A DNA stretch of 64,000 bases, taken from NCBI GenBank assembly GCA_003598025.1, contig QZKH01000002.1, forward strand, positions 206,206 through 270,205, written 5' to 3'. Origin of the DNA: Candidatus Omnitrophota bacterium. GTDB taxonomy: Bacteria > Omnitrophota > Gorgyraeia > Gygaellales > Profunditerraquicolaceae. The notes under the pieces are model-generated. The model ran no database searches. It was given only the letters and a program-made list of their open reading frames with translations, and was not told the origin of the DNA. This document shows positions 10,549-20,066 of this stretch, one piece after another. The translations under genes and the position numbers were made by a program. Numbering within the stretch: the first letter of the stretch is position 1; each line of letters begins with the position of its first letter.

Positions 10549-11994
10549 ATGGACGAATACGGTTTATTAAACGACCATCCAAAGGAATATTGCGGTTTGT
10601 TCGGAATAACCGGACATAAGCAGGCCAGCTGGCTTACATATCTTGGTTTGTATGCGTTGCAGCACAGGGGACAGGAGGCCTGCGGGATTGTATCGAACAA
10701 CAACGGTTCCCTGCACGTACATAAAGATATGGGTTTAGTCGCTGATGTTTTCGACGGCCGTACTTTAAACAGTCTTAAGGGCGATACTGCCTGCGGCCAT
10801 GTCAGGTATTCTACCACCGGTTCAAGTGTCTTGAAAAATTCCCAGCCGTTATTAATAGACTATGCCAAAGGTACAATGTGTATCGCGCATAACGGTAACC
10901 TAGTTAATTCCCTGGAATTAAGGTCATATCTGGAAAAGCGCGGTTCTATTTTTCAGACAACAACCGATTCAGAATTAATTATTCATCTTATGGCCAAGGC
11001 AAGATGCCGTGATTTGCAAGGAAGCCTTATGTATGCGCTAAAGCGGATAAGAGGGGCGTTTTCTTTGGTTATGATGAACAGAGATTCTCTTATTGGAGTA
11101 AGGGACCCATGGGGTTTCAGGCCGCTTTGTCTGGGCAAACTAAGAAATTCCTGGTGTCTGGCTTCTGAGACCTGCGCGCTTGACCTTATCGGAGCAAAAT
11201 TCGTACGCGATGTAGAGCCGGGAGAAATCATCTTTATTTCGGATAATAAACTCAAGTCAGTAAAATTCAGCCCGCAGAAGAATAAATTCGCAATGTGTAT
11301 CTTTGAACACGTTTATTTTTCCCGTCCTGATTCAATTGTTTTTGGCGAAACGGTGCATATGGTAAGGCGTAAGCTTGGCGAACAGCTGGCCAGGGAATAT
11401 CCGGTGGATGCGGATTTTGTTGTCCCTGTTCCTGATTCCGGTTTTTCAGCCGCGATGGGTTATTCTCATGAGTCGGGTATACCTCTTGAAATGGGCATAA
11501 TCAGGAACCATTATATAGGCAGGACATTCATACAGCCTGCCCAGGATATAAGGGAATTCGGGATAAGGGTAAAATTCAATCTGCTTAAAGATGTTTTAAG
11601 AGGCAAGAAGATTGTTATTGTTGATGATTCTATTGTCCGCGGAAATACTTCGAAGATCCGCGTCAGAAACTTAAGAAGGGCAGGCGTCAAAGAAGTGCAT
11701 TTAAGGATTTCCTGCCCGCCGCACAGGCACCCTTGTTTTTATGGTATTGATTTTCACCGTTCCAGCGAACTGATCGCAAATAAATACGGCTCACTTGAAC
11801 AGATAAGGAAATATTTAGGCGTAGACAGCCTGGGTTATCTCAGCCTTGAAGGGATGCACAAATGCCTTAAGAATCCCGAAAAATATTATTGTAATGCCTG
11901 CTGGACAGGCAGGTATCCGGTTAAAGCAGAGACAGGCCATAGCAAATTTTCTCTTGAGTCACGTTGCTGCGGCCAGGGAGAGATTAAATTATGA
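10549..11994 (+). CDS. purF: Amidophosphoribosyltransferase (canonical, with propeptide)
   Basis: EYCGLFG, LQHRGQE, GHVRYST, HNGNL, DDSIVRGNT, and Fe-S cysteines including CNAC. Confidence 0.97.
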   Translation: MDEYGLLNDHPKEYCGLFGITGHKQASWLTYLGLYALQHRGQEACGIVSNNNGSLHVHKDMGLVADVFDGRTLNSLKGDTACGHVRYSTTGSSVLKNSQPLLIDYAKGTMCIAHNGNLVNSLELRSYLEKRGSIFQTTTDSELIIHLMAKARCRDLQGSLMYALKRIRGAFSLVMMNRDSLIGVRDPWGFRPLCLGKLRNSWCLASETCALDLIGAKFVRDVEPGEIIFISDNKLKSVKFSPQKNKFAMCIFEHVYFSRPDSIVFGETVHMVRRKLGEQLAREYPVDADFVVPVPDSGFSAAMGYSHESGIPLEMGIIRNHYIGRTFIQPAQDIREFGIRVKFNLLKDVLRGKKIVIVDDSIVRGNTSKIRVRNLRRAGVKEVHLRISCPPHRHPCFYGIDFHRSSELIANKYGSLEQIRKYLGVDSLGYLSLEGMHKCLKNPEKYYCNACWTGRYPVKAETGHSKFSLESRCCGQGEIKL

Positions 11995-13013
11995 GACGAA
12001 CAAAGAGCATAAACTATAAGTCTGCTGGAGTTGATATACACAAAGCAGAGAGTTTTAAAGAAAAGATAAAACCTTTGGCGAGGAAATCTTTTACCGGCGA
12101 AGTGATTAAGGATATCGGCGGGTTCGGTGCATTTTTCAGGTTCCCCCAAAAGGCCTACAAGAACCCGGTGCTGGTTTCTTCCTCTGACGGCGTAGGCACT
12201 AAGCTTAAGATAGCTGCGCTTGTCAATAAGCATGATACCATCGGTATAGATGCTGTGGCCATGAACGTAAATGACATACTTTGCACCGGGGCAAGGCCGT
12301 TGTTTTTTCTTGATTATTTAGCTTATAGCGACCTCAAGGAAGAGACCCTGCTGGATATAATCAAAGGGATAAATAACGGTTGCATTGAATCGGGGTGTTC
12401 TTTAATCGGAGGAGAAACTGCCCAGATGCCTGGCATGTATGATAAAGGTGAATATGATGTGGCCGGATTTTGCGTAGGGGCGATCGAAGAGGCCAATATA
12501 ATCGATGGTTCAAGAATAGAAGAAGGGGATTTGGCTTTAGGCCTGGAATCAAGCGGACTGCATTCTAACGGTTTTTCATTGGTCAGAAAGGTTTTCTCCG
12601 AGGCAGAGCTTAAAAGGATGAGTAAAGAGCTGCTTGAACCCACGCGTATTTATGTAAAACCGGTGATTGCCTTGTTGGATAAATTCGGCTATGACTGTAA
12701 GGTAATCAGGGGCATATCCCATATTACAGGCGGTGCTTTTTATAACAAGATATCACGTATCCTACCGAGAAAATTTGATTTGAGGATTGACAAAAATTCC
12801 TGGGTTGTACCGAAAATCTTCAGGCTCGTTCAAAACAAGGGCAATGTCAGCGACAGAGACATGTACTCGACATTAAATATGGGTATTGGCATGGTATTAT
12901 TTATTCCTAAAGCTGCTTTAAGCCAGGTTAAGGGCGAGTTGGAAAAATTCAGCTTGAAATCCTGGGTTATCGGGAAAGTCACCCCGGGAGCCAGGCAAGT
13001 GCATATAAATTAA
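11991..13013 (+). CDS. purM: AIR synthase
   Basis: YKSAGVDI, DGVGTK, GGETAQMP, SGLHSNGFS, HITGG, NMGIG. Confidence 0.97.
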   Translation: MRRTKSINYKSAGVDIHKAESFKEKIKPLARKSFTGEVIKDIGGFGAFFRFPQKAYKNPVLVSSSDGVGTKLKIAALVNKHDTIGIDAVAMNVNDILCTGARPLFFLDYLAYSDLKEETLLDIIKGINNGCIESGCSLIGGETAQMPGMYDKGEYDVAGFCVGAIEEANIIDGSRIEEGDLALGLESSGLHSNGFSLVRKVFSEAELKRMSKELLEPTRIYVKPVIALLDKFGYDCKVIRGISHITGGAFYNKISRILPRKFDLRIDKNSWVVPKIFRLVQNKGNVSDRDMYSTLNMGIGMVLFIPKAALSQVKGELEKFSLKSWVIGKVTPGARQVHIN

Positions 13014-13032
13014 TTTTAAAAAAGGAGGAAAA

Positions 13033-13905
13033 ATGGGCCCTTTGTTTACGATGACCATAGTATTCGCAGTTTTTATCTTTCTTTCCGGGATAAGGATAGT
13101 CCGTCCTACTCACCGCGGGCTGGTTGAGAGGCTGGGTAAATACAACCGTTTTGCCAACCCGGGTTTTAACTGGATAATACCGGTGATTGAGAGCCTTTAT
13201 ATGGTCAATATCACCGAGCAGATGGTTGATGCCGAGCCGCAGGAAATTATTACCAACGATAATTTAAATGCCCGTGTAGATGCACAGGTTTATTTTAAGG
13301 TCAAGCCTGATGAGGTAAGCGTAAAGAATTCCCTGTATAACGTTAATAATTATCAGTGGCAGATAGTCAATCTTGCCCGCACTACCTTAAGGAATATTAT
13401 CGGCACGCTTACGCTTAAATCCGCTAACAGCGAAAGGGGTAAGATAAACGAAGAGCTGCATAAGACCCTTTGCGAAGAGACACAGAGCTGGGGTATTGAG
13501 ATAGTGCGTACTGAGCTTAAGGAAATCGACCCTCCTAAAGATGTCCAGGAGACGATGAACAAGGTGGTAAAAGCTGAAAATGAAAAAATCGCCGCTATTG
13601 ATTATGCAACAGCCACAGAGACTGCAGCTGATGGCCAGAAGAGGGCTGAAATTAAGAAAGCCGAAGGCATCAAGCAGGCCAGGATCCTTCAGGCTGAAGG
13701 CGAGGCTGAGGCGATCAAGCTGGTCAACGAGGCAGCTGAGCATTATTTTGTCGGTAACGCGCAGGTGCTAAGGAAATTAGAGGCAGTTGAGAAGTCGCTT
13801 GAAAATAACGCAAAAATAGTAGTCCCTTCAAATACAGAACTGGTCAACGTTATCGGCGAGATGGCAGGTGTATTGCCGCTTAGAAAAGAACAAAAAGAGA
13901 AATGA
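13033..13905 (+). CDS. SPFH/band-7 (stomatin-like) membrane protein
   Basis: N-terminal TM, VERLGKY, QEIITNDN, TLRNIIG, AEGEAEA coiled coil; AAGGAGG SD. Confidence 0.92.
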   Translation: MGPLFTMTIVFAVFIFLSGIRIVRPTHRGLVERLGKYNRFANPGFNWIIPVIESLYMVNITEQMVDAEPQEIITNDNLNARVDAQVYFKVKPDEVSVKNSLYNVNNYQWQIVNLARTTLRNIIGTLTLKSANSERGKINEELHKTLCEETQSWGIEIVRTELKEIDPPKDVQETMNKVVKAENEKIAAIDYATATETAADGQKRAEIKKAEGIKQARILQAEGEAEAIKLVNEAAEHYFVGNAQVLRKLEAVEKSLENNAKIVVPSNTELVNVIGEMAGVLPLRKEQKEK

Positions 13906-13965
13906 AGCTCATTAGGCTAAAGTCTGAGGTTTCTTGGAGCGAAATACTGAGCGTACACACTCCAT

Positions 13966-13989
13966 CCGCACCTTCGAAGGTGCGGTTTT
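13966..13989 (+). terminator. Probable intrinsic terminator
   Basis: Perfect 20-bp palindrome ccgcaccttc|gaaggtgcgg followed by TTTT. Confidence 0.6.
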
Positions 13990-14020
13990 GTGACCGCGAA
14001 CGTATAAATCACATTGCTGA

Positions 14021-14060
14021 TTAACTATTAAACGATTAAGCTGTTCAACGCTTAAACAAT
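14021..14060. repeat. Degenerate octamer tandem array (TAAACNAT-like) just before purD
   Basis: ttaactat-taaacgat-taagctgt-tcaacgct-taaacaat. Confidence 0.6.
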
Positions 14061-14066
14061 AAAGTT

Positions 14067-15356
14067 ATGCGAATATTAGTTATAGGTTCGGGAGGCAGAG
14101 AGCACGCGCTTGTCTGGAAAATAGCGCAGTCTAAATCGGTAGATAAGATTTTCTGTGCTCCCGGTAATGCGGGGATCGCGCAACAGGCAGAGTGTATCGA
14201 TATTAAACCGGATGACATAACCGGGTTGTTGGATTTTGCCAGGAGGCAGAATGTTGACCTTACAGTAGTCGGGCCGGAAGTGCCTTTGTCGTTAGGTATA
14301 GCTGATGAGTTCAAAAAATATAAGTTAAATATTTTCGGGCCGAATAAAGCTGCTGCACAATTGGAATCAAGCAAGGTATTTTCCAAACAGATGATGGCCA
14401 GGTATCAGGTCCCGACTGCAGAGTTCAGGGTTTTTCAGGACTTAGATGAAGCAAAAAGGTTTATTTCTGTCAGGGGAGCGCCCTGCGTAATCAAGGCAGA
14501 CGGCCTTGCGCAAGGCAAGGGAGTATTTGTCGCAAAGACGGTGGAAGAAGCAAACCAGGCAGCTTCTTTAATACTCAGGGATAAAATTTTCGGTAATTCC
14601 GGTAAGAAGATTATAGTCGAAGATTGCCTGGAAGGTCCGGAAGCATCCATATTGGTATTTACTGATTCAGAATATGTTATACCCCTTGCTTCAAGCCAGG
14701 ACCATAAAAGGATATTTGATAATGACCAGGGGCCTAATACAGGGGGTATGGGCGCGTATTCTCCTGCGCCAGTGGTTGATAAGGCAATGTTCGATCTTAT
14801 AATGCAGAAAGTAATATACAAGATGGTTAAAGGCTTATTAAATGAAGGTATCGAATACCAGGGTGTTTTATATGCCGGGATAATGATTACTAAAGATGGT
14901 CCAAAGACCCTGGAGTTCAATGTCCGTTTCGGGGACCCGGAGACACAGGCGATCCTGCCAAGGTTAAAAACCGACATTGTCGAGGTTATGTTGGCTTGCG
15001 CAAAAAAACAGCTTTCAAAAGTCAAGACATTGGATTGGGATAACCGTAGTTGTGTATGCGTTGTGTGTTCCTCAAAAGGTTACCCGGGGGCTTATGATAA
15101 AGGCAAAGAGATAAAAGGCATAGAAGAAGCTGAGAAAATAGAAGGGGTGAAGGTTTTTCATGCGGGAACAAAGTTTTTGCCGTCCACAGTCCACAGTCCA
15201 CAGTCCACTTGCGTTACTGATGGAGGAAGGGTGCTGGGTGTCAGCGGCTTAGGAACCACGATTAAAGAAGCGATAAATAAAACTTATCAGGGAGTCTCAA
15301 AAATTCACTTTGATGGTATGCATTACCGTAAAGATATTGCCTCAAAGGCGCTATAA
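14067..15356 (+). CDS. purD: Phosphoribosylamine-glycine ligase
   Basis: GSGGREHA, VGPEVPL, KADGLAQGKGV, NTGGMGAYSP, EFNVRFGDPE. Confidence 0.97.
   Translation: MRILVIGSGGREHALVWKIAQSKSVDKIFCAPGNAGIAQQAECIDIKPDDITGLLDFARRQNVDLTVVGPEVPLSLGIADEFKKYKLNIFGPNKAAAQLESSKVFSKQMMARYQVPTAEFRVFQDLDEAKRFISVRGAPCVIKADGLAQGKGVFVAKTVEEANQAASLILRDKIFGNSGKKIIVEDCLEGPEASILVFTDSEYVIPLASSQDHKRIFDNDQGPNTGGMGAYSPAPVVDKAMFDLIMQKVIYKMVKGLLNEGIEYQGVLYAGIMITKDGPKTLEFNVRFGDPETQAILPRLKTDIVEVMLACAKKQLSKVKTLDWDNRSCVCVVCSSKGYPGAYDKGKEIKGIEEAEKIEGVKVFHAGTKFLPSTVHSPQSTCVTDGGRVLGVSGLGTTIKEAINKTYQGVSKIHFDGMHYRKDIASKAL
15180..15208. repeat. In-frame heptamer array inside purD
   Basis: ccgtcca-cagtcca-cagtcca-cagtcca-c, encoding PSTVHSPQST between HAGT and GGRVL. 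Confidence 0.88.
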
Positions 15357-15371
15357 CAGAGGAGGTATATT

Positions 15372-15854
15372 ATGGCTAAAATCAGTATTATAATGGGAAG
15401 CCAGTCAGATTTAGAGACTGTTCAGGAAACAGTAAATATTTTAAAGGAATTCAAGGCCTCTTTTGAGATAAAAGTATTGTCAGCCCATAGGACCCCGCGT
15501 GAACTTGCTGCTTACGTAGAGAGCGCGCAAAAAAGAGGAGTAAAAGTTTTTATCGCTGCTGCAGGAGGGGCTGCGGCCCTGGCAGGTGTGATCGCTGCCC
15601 ATACGATTTTACCGGTGATAGGCATACCCATAGAGACAAGCAGTCTAAAAGGCATGGATTCTTTGCTTTCTACCGTGCAGATGCCTGCGGGGGTGCCGGT
15701 TGCATCAATGGCTATAGGAAAGGCAGGTGCGCGTAATGCCGGCTTGTTTGCTTTGGAAATCGTTGCTTTGGAGGATAAGAATACCAGGGCAAGATTAGTT
15801 GCATATAAGAAGGAAATGAGGGATAAGATAAGGAACATAAAGATTAAGGTATGA
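15372..15854 (+). CDS. purE: PurE (N5-CAIR mutase / AIR carboxylase)
   Basis: IMGSQSD, SAHRTP, STVQMPAGVPVA. Confidence 0.96.
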   Translation: MAKISIIMGSQSDLETVQETVNILKEFKASFEIKVLSAHRTPRELAAYVESAQKRGVKVFIAAAGGAAALAGVIAAHTILPVIGIPIETSSLKGMDSLLSTVQMPAGVPVASMAIGKAGARNAGLFALEIVALEDKNTRARLVAYKKEMRDKIRNIKIKV

Positions 15855-16915
15855 GTATTAAGACAAAAATAGCCAGACTCGACCTGAACAGGCCGGATGA
15901 TAATATATTAAAAGAAGCCGCTAATGTGATATTGCGCGGGGGCCTGGTAATAATACCTACCGAGACAGTCTATGGCATAGCCGCGAATATGTCTGATAAA
16001 AAGGCCTTATCCAGGCTGGCCCAGATAAAGAAACGCCCCGAAGAAAAACATTTTTCATTGCTGATAAACCATAAGGAAAGCGTCAACGATTTTGGCAGTA
16101 ATATATCCACTAAAGCATACAAGATCATAGACAAGTTGTGGCCGGGGCCCTTGACTGTGGTGTTAAATTCAAGGGATGGCAGGACAGTAGGCATGCGTAT
16201 GCCCGACCATGATGTCGCTTTAAGGATAGTAACCCTTGCCGGGATACCTTTGGCTTGCCCATCAGCCAACATTTCCGGCGCTCCTTCTCCCGTTGATTTC
16301 AATCAGGCAATAAAAGATATGGATGGGCATGTAGATTATGCCATAGATGCCGGGCCTACCAGGTTTCAGAGGGATTCTACCGTAGTTGACTTGACCGGTG
16401 AGGACGTACGGATATTAAGAGAGGGAGTAATCAGTAAGGACGTTATCGATAGAATAGCAAATAAGAAGACCGTATTATTTATATGCACGGGAAATTCATG
16501 CCGTTCGGTTATGGCTGAAGGATTATTAAAGCTTAAGCTGAAGGAAAAGAAGAGGGATGATGTTGAGGTGATTTCAGCCGGTATTATGATGCTCTCAGGT
16601 TTCGGGGCATCAGAAGAGACTATCCACCTGCTTAAGAGCCGGGGAATTGACGTCTCCAGGCATTTTTCCCAGCAGGTGACAAAAGCGATAATAAGGAAGT
16701 CGGATATAATCCTGGTCATGGAAAAGATCCATGAAGAAAAAATATTGCAGATGGTCCCGGAGGCAAGAAATAGGCTTTTCTTATTGAAAGAATTTGCTAA
16801 AATAAATGATAGTAACCTGGATATCCCTGACCCGATAGGAAAGGGAATGGAGTTTTACGAATCAACACTTGCGGTAATCAACGAAGCGGTAGAAAAGATA
16901 GCCGAGGTAATCTGA
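15851..16915 (+). CDS. Fusion of threonylcarbamoyl-AMP synthase (TsaC/YrdC) and LMW phosphatase (YwlE-like)
   Basis: PTETVYG, KKRP, WPGP, PSANISG; C-terminal CTGNSCRS and DIPDPIG. Confidence 0.9.
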   Translation: MSIKTKIARLDLNRPDDNILKEAANVILRGGLVIIPTETVYGIAANMSDKKALSRLAQIKKRPEEKHFSLLINHKESVNDFGSNISTKAYKIIDKLWPGPLTVVLNSRDGRTVGMRMPDHDVALRIVTLAGIPLACPSANISGAPSPVDFNQAIKDMDGHVDYAIDAGPTRFQRDSTVVDLTGEDVRILREGVISKDVIDRIANKKTVLFICTGNSCRSVMAEGLLKLKLKEKKRDDVEVISAGIMMLSGFGASEETIHLLKSRGIDVSRHFSQQVTKAIIRKSDIILVMEKIHEEKILQMVPEARNRLFLLKEFAKINDSNLDIPDPIGKGMEFYESTLAVINEAVEKIAEVI

Positions 16916-16916
16916 T

Positions 16917-17375
16917 ATGCTTAAAGAAAAAATAATAATAGGCTCTGACCACGCCGGGTTCCTGCTTAAAGAAAAAATAAAATCTTTTTTGCTGAGGAAA
17001 GGTTTTCAGGTAAATGACGTAGGTGCATTTTCAGAGGAGCGGTGCGATTACCCTGTTTTTGCACTTGCCGTAGCAAAAGCGGTATCTTGCGGGAAATACA
17101 AAAGAGGCATACTTATATGTAAATCCGGCATAGGCAATTCCATTGTGGCAAACAGATTGAGGGGCGTAAGGGCAGCCCTTTGCCATAATACGTTAGCCGC
17201 AAAATTGTCCCGCCGGCATAATGACAGCAATATCCTGGTAATGGGCTCAGCTTTCGTTAAGCCTGAGCTTGCTAAAAGAATGGTAGGCGCCTGGCTTAAA
17301 ACAGAATTTATGAAAGGGCGTCATTTAAAGAGGTTAAAACTTATCAATAATATAGGGAAAGAATGTTTATGTTAA
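16917..17375 (+). CDS. rpiB: Ribose-5-phosphate isomerase B
   Basis: [30 protein letters not shown]. Confidence 0.93.
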   Translation: MLKEKIIIGSDHAGFLLKEKIKSFLLRKGFQVNDVGAFSEERCDYPVFALAVAKAVSCGKYKRGILICKSGIGNSIVANRLRGVRAALCHNTLAAKLSRRHNDSNILVMGSAFVKPELAKRMVGAWLKTEFMKGRHLKRLKLINNIGKECLC

Positions 17376-18616
17376 AAGGAAGATCATTAAAAAATACCGA
17401 CCCAGAGATATATGATGCAATATTTAAGGAAGAGAATAGGCAGAAGGACAACCTTGAGCTGATCGCCTCGGAGAATTTTACCTCTTGCGCTGTTTTAGAG
17501 GCGCAGGGTTCTGTTCTGACGAATAAGTATGCCGAAGGATACCCGGGGCGCAGGTGGTACGGCGGCTGCCAGCATGTTGACGAGGCTGAAAGGCTGGCGA
17601 TAGAAAGGGCAAAGAAATTATTTTCCTGCGAGCATGTAAATGTGCAGGCCCATTCAGGGACCCAGGCTAATATGGCAGTTTATTTTGCCGCCTTGAAGTT
17701 CGGCGATACTGTATTAGCCATGGATTTGTCCGCCGGCGGGCATTTAAGTCACGGGCATCCGCATAACTTTTCAGGCATGTTTTATAACGTAATAGGCTAT
17801 GGCGTAAGCAGGCAGACAGAATCGCTCGATTACGATAACATATTATCTTTAGCCAAAAAGCATAAACCGCGCATGATACTTGCCGGCGCATCTGCTTATC
17901 CGCGGCTAATAGATTTTGTAAAGTTCCGTTCTATCTGTGATGAAGTCGGTGCGTATCTTTTTGTGGATATGGCCCATATTGCCGGGCTTGTAGCCGCAGG
18001 GATACATCCATCGCCTGTGCCGTATGCGGATTTCGTTACCTCTACCACCCATAAAACGCTTAGGGGCCCTAGGGGAGGATTTGTAATGTGCCGTAAAGAA
18101 TTTTCCAAGAAAATGGATATGGAGATATTCCCCGGGATACAGGGAGGGCCGCTGATGCATGTTATCGCTGCAAAGGCTGTAGCCTTTAAGGAAGCCTCAA
18201 CTGCCGCATTTAAATCTTACCAGAAACATGTAGTTGATAATTCAAGGGAGTTGGCGCTGGCTCTGCAAAAAAACGGGTTTCGTATCGTATCCGGAGGCAC
18301 AGATACACACTTGTTATTAGTTGATCTTAGCAATAAAGGGGTAACCGGCAAAGATGCTTCTTACATATTAGAGGAAGCCGGTATCACCGTTAATAAGAAC
18401 CTGATACCTTTTGATACTAAGGGTGCGGCTGTGACCAGCGGCATAAGGATAGGTACGCCGGCAGTGACTACCCGCGGCATGAAAAAACCGCAGATGCGAA
18501 AAATCGCACAGTTTATCTACGAAGCCATAGAATCAAAAGGCGATAAGATTGTATTGAATAGAATCAAGAAAGAAGTCATTTCTTTAACCAAAAAGTTCCC
18601 GCTGTATTCTAAATAG
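17363..18616 (+). CDS. glyA: Serine hydroxymethyltransferase
   Basis: [37 protein letters not shown]. Confidence 0.98.
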   Translation: MFMLKGRSLKNTDPEIYDAIFKEENRQKDNLELIASENFTSCAVLEAQGSVLTNKYAEGYPGRRWYGGCQHVDEAERLAIERAKKLFSCEHVNVQAHSGTQANMAVYFAALKFGDTVLAMDLSAGGHLSHGHPHNFSGMFYNVIGYGVSRQTESLDYDNILSLAKKHKPRMILAGASAYPRLIDFVKFRSICDEVGAYLFVDMAHIAGLVAAGIHPSPVPYADFVTSTTHKTLRGPRGGFVMCRKEFSKKMDMEIFPGIQGGPLMHVIAAKAVAFKEASTAAFKSYQKHVVDNSRELALALQKNGFRIVSGGTDTHLLLVDLSNKGVTGKDASYILEEAGITVNKNLIPFDTKGAAVTSGIRIGTPAVTTRGMKKPQMRKIAQFIYEAIESKGDKIVLNRIKKEVISLTKKFPLYSK

Positions 18617-18618
18617 TT

Positions 18619-19101
18619 ATGAAGAAAACAAAAAGACTTATCCATTACAGGCCGACATGGGACGAATATTTTATGGAAGTCGCAAGCCTTGTCTCCAAGA
18701 GGGCGACTTGTTTAAGGAGGCGGGTTGGGGCAGTCCTGGTAAAAGGCAAGAGGATACTGGCTACCGGTTATAACGGCGCTCCTTCAGGCCTGAGTCATTG
18801 TCTGGATGTGGGTTGCTTGAGAGAAAAACTCGGCATACCCTCGGGCCAGCGCCATGAACTATGCCGCGGCCTGCATGCCGAACAGAACGTATTGGTCCAG
18901 GCAGCACTATATGGGATTAGCACTCAAAACAGCACCCTTTATGTGACCAATCAGCCTTGTATTATCTGCGCTAAAATGCTGATTAATGCCGGCATCAAAG
19001 AAATAGTTATCAGTGATGGTTATCCTGATGAGATGGCACAGGACTTCTTAAAGAAGGCCAAGGTGAAGGTAAGGAAGGTAAAGCCGGTTCATAGTTCATA
19101 G
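18619..19101 (+). CDS. dCMP/cytidine deaminase (ComEB-like)
   Basis: [24 protein letters not shown]; last residues VHSS and the stop come from the repeat. Confidence 0.92.
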   Translation: MKKTKRLIHYRPTWDEYFMEVASLVSKRATCLRRRVGAVLVKGKRILATGYNGAPSGLSHCLDVGCLREKLGIPSGQRHELCRGLHAEQNVLVQAALYGISTQNSTLYVTNQPCIICAKMLINAGIKEIVISDGYPDEMAQDFLKKAKVKVRKVKPVHSS

Positions 19102-19154
19102 TTGATGGGAAAAACTGTGTCTATGAACCATGAACCATAAACTATGAACTAATT
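19087..19154. repeat. Empty inverted heptamer pair between the deaminase and nrdR
   Basis: gttcata-gttcata-gttgatg ... ctatgaa-ccatgaa-ccataaa-ctatgaa-ctaatt. Confidence 0.88.
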
Positions 19155-19155
19155 T

Positions 19156-19644
19156 ATGCGTTGTCCAAATTGCGGTTTTAAGGAAGATAAGGTTGTAGAT
19201 TCACGGGCGACTTTAGAAGAATCTTCGATAAGGCGCAGGAGGGAATGCCTAAAATGCGGCAAGCGCTTTACAACTTATGAATACGTAGAAGAAGTCTCCC
19301 TGATGGTGATAAAAAAGGATGACAGGCGCGAGCCGTTTGACAGAAAAAAAATACTCAATGGTGTCTTGAAGGCCTGCGAAAAAAGGCCGATCAGTATCGA
19401 GAAGATGGAAGATATAGTTACCGAGGTGGAGCGCTCGATACAGAAAAAATTTGACCGCGAGGTCCCTTCAGCCAGAATTGGAGAATTTGTAATTGAAAGG
19501 CTCAAAAAACTGGATGATGTAGCTTATGTAAGATTTGCTTCCGTATACAGGCAGTTTAAGGACGTGGGGCAATTCATGCAGGAGTTACAGGATATGCTGG
19601 GGACAGGCAAGAATAAAAAGAAATTATCGCAAAGGAAACGTTAA
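19156..19644 (+). CDS. nrdR: Transcriptional repressor NrdR
   Basis: [23 protein letters not shown] cone, [10 protein letters not shown]. Confidence 0.97.
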   Translation: MRCPNCGFKEDKVVDSRATLEESSIRRRRECLKCGKRFTTYEYVEEVSLMVIKKDDRREPFDRKKILNGVLKACEKRPISIEKMEDIVTEVERSIQKKFDREVPSARIGEFVIERLKKLDDVAYVRFASVYRQFKDVGQFMQELQDMLGTGKNKKKLSQRKR

Positions 19645-20057
19645 TGGTTGAGATGGAACTGAACAAGATTGTAATTGATGAAAAGCGGCATGACCAGCTT
19701 ATTGTCCTGAAAGAGAAAGCAGGCACCAGAGTCCTGCCCATAGTTATAGGGCTTAATGAAGCCTCTGCCATAAAACTTAAGATAAGCGGTTTTAATCCTC
19801 CCAGGCCGTTAACTCATGACCTGCTGCATTCTACTATCCAGAACCTTCATGCAACCATCGAGAGGATAATAATAGATAAGCTGGAAGAAAACACTTTCCA
19901 CGCTAAATTAGTCATTAAGGCTGAGTCCGGAGAGACTAAGACTATCGATTGCCGCCCGTCAGACAGTATCGCCCTTGCTGTAAGAGCCCATGCTCCGATT
20001 TTCGTCGAAGACGAAATAATCAATAAATCGGAGATCTTTAACAAAGACAATCAGTAA
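19644..20057 (+). CDS. Bifunctional nuclease family protein (DUF151)
   Basis: LPIVIG, PPRPLTHDL, DCRPSDSIALA. Confidence 0.93.
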   Translation: MVEMELNKIVIDEKRHDQLIVLKEKAGTRVLPIVIGLNEASAIKLKISGFNPPRPLTHDLLHSTIQNLHATIERIIIDKLEENTFHAKLVIKAESGETKTIDCRPSDSIALAVRAHAPIFVEDEIINKSEIFNKDNQ

Positions 20058-20066
20058 TACAAACCG

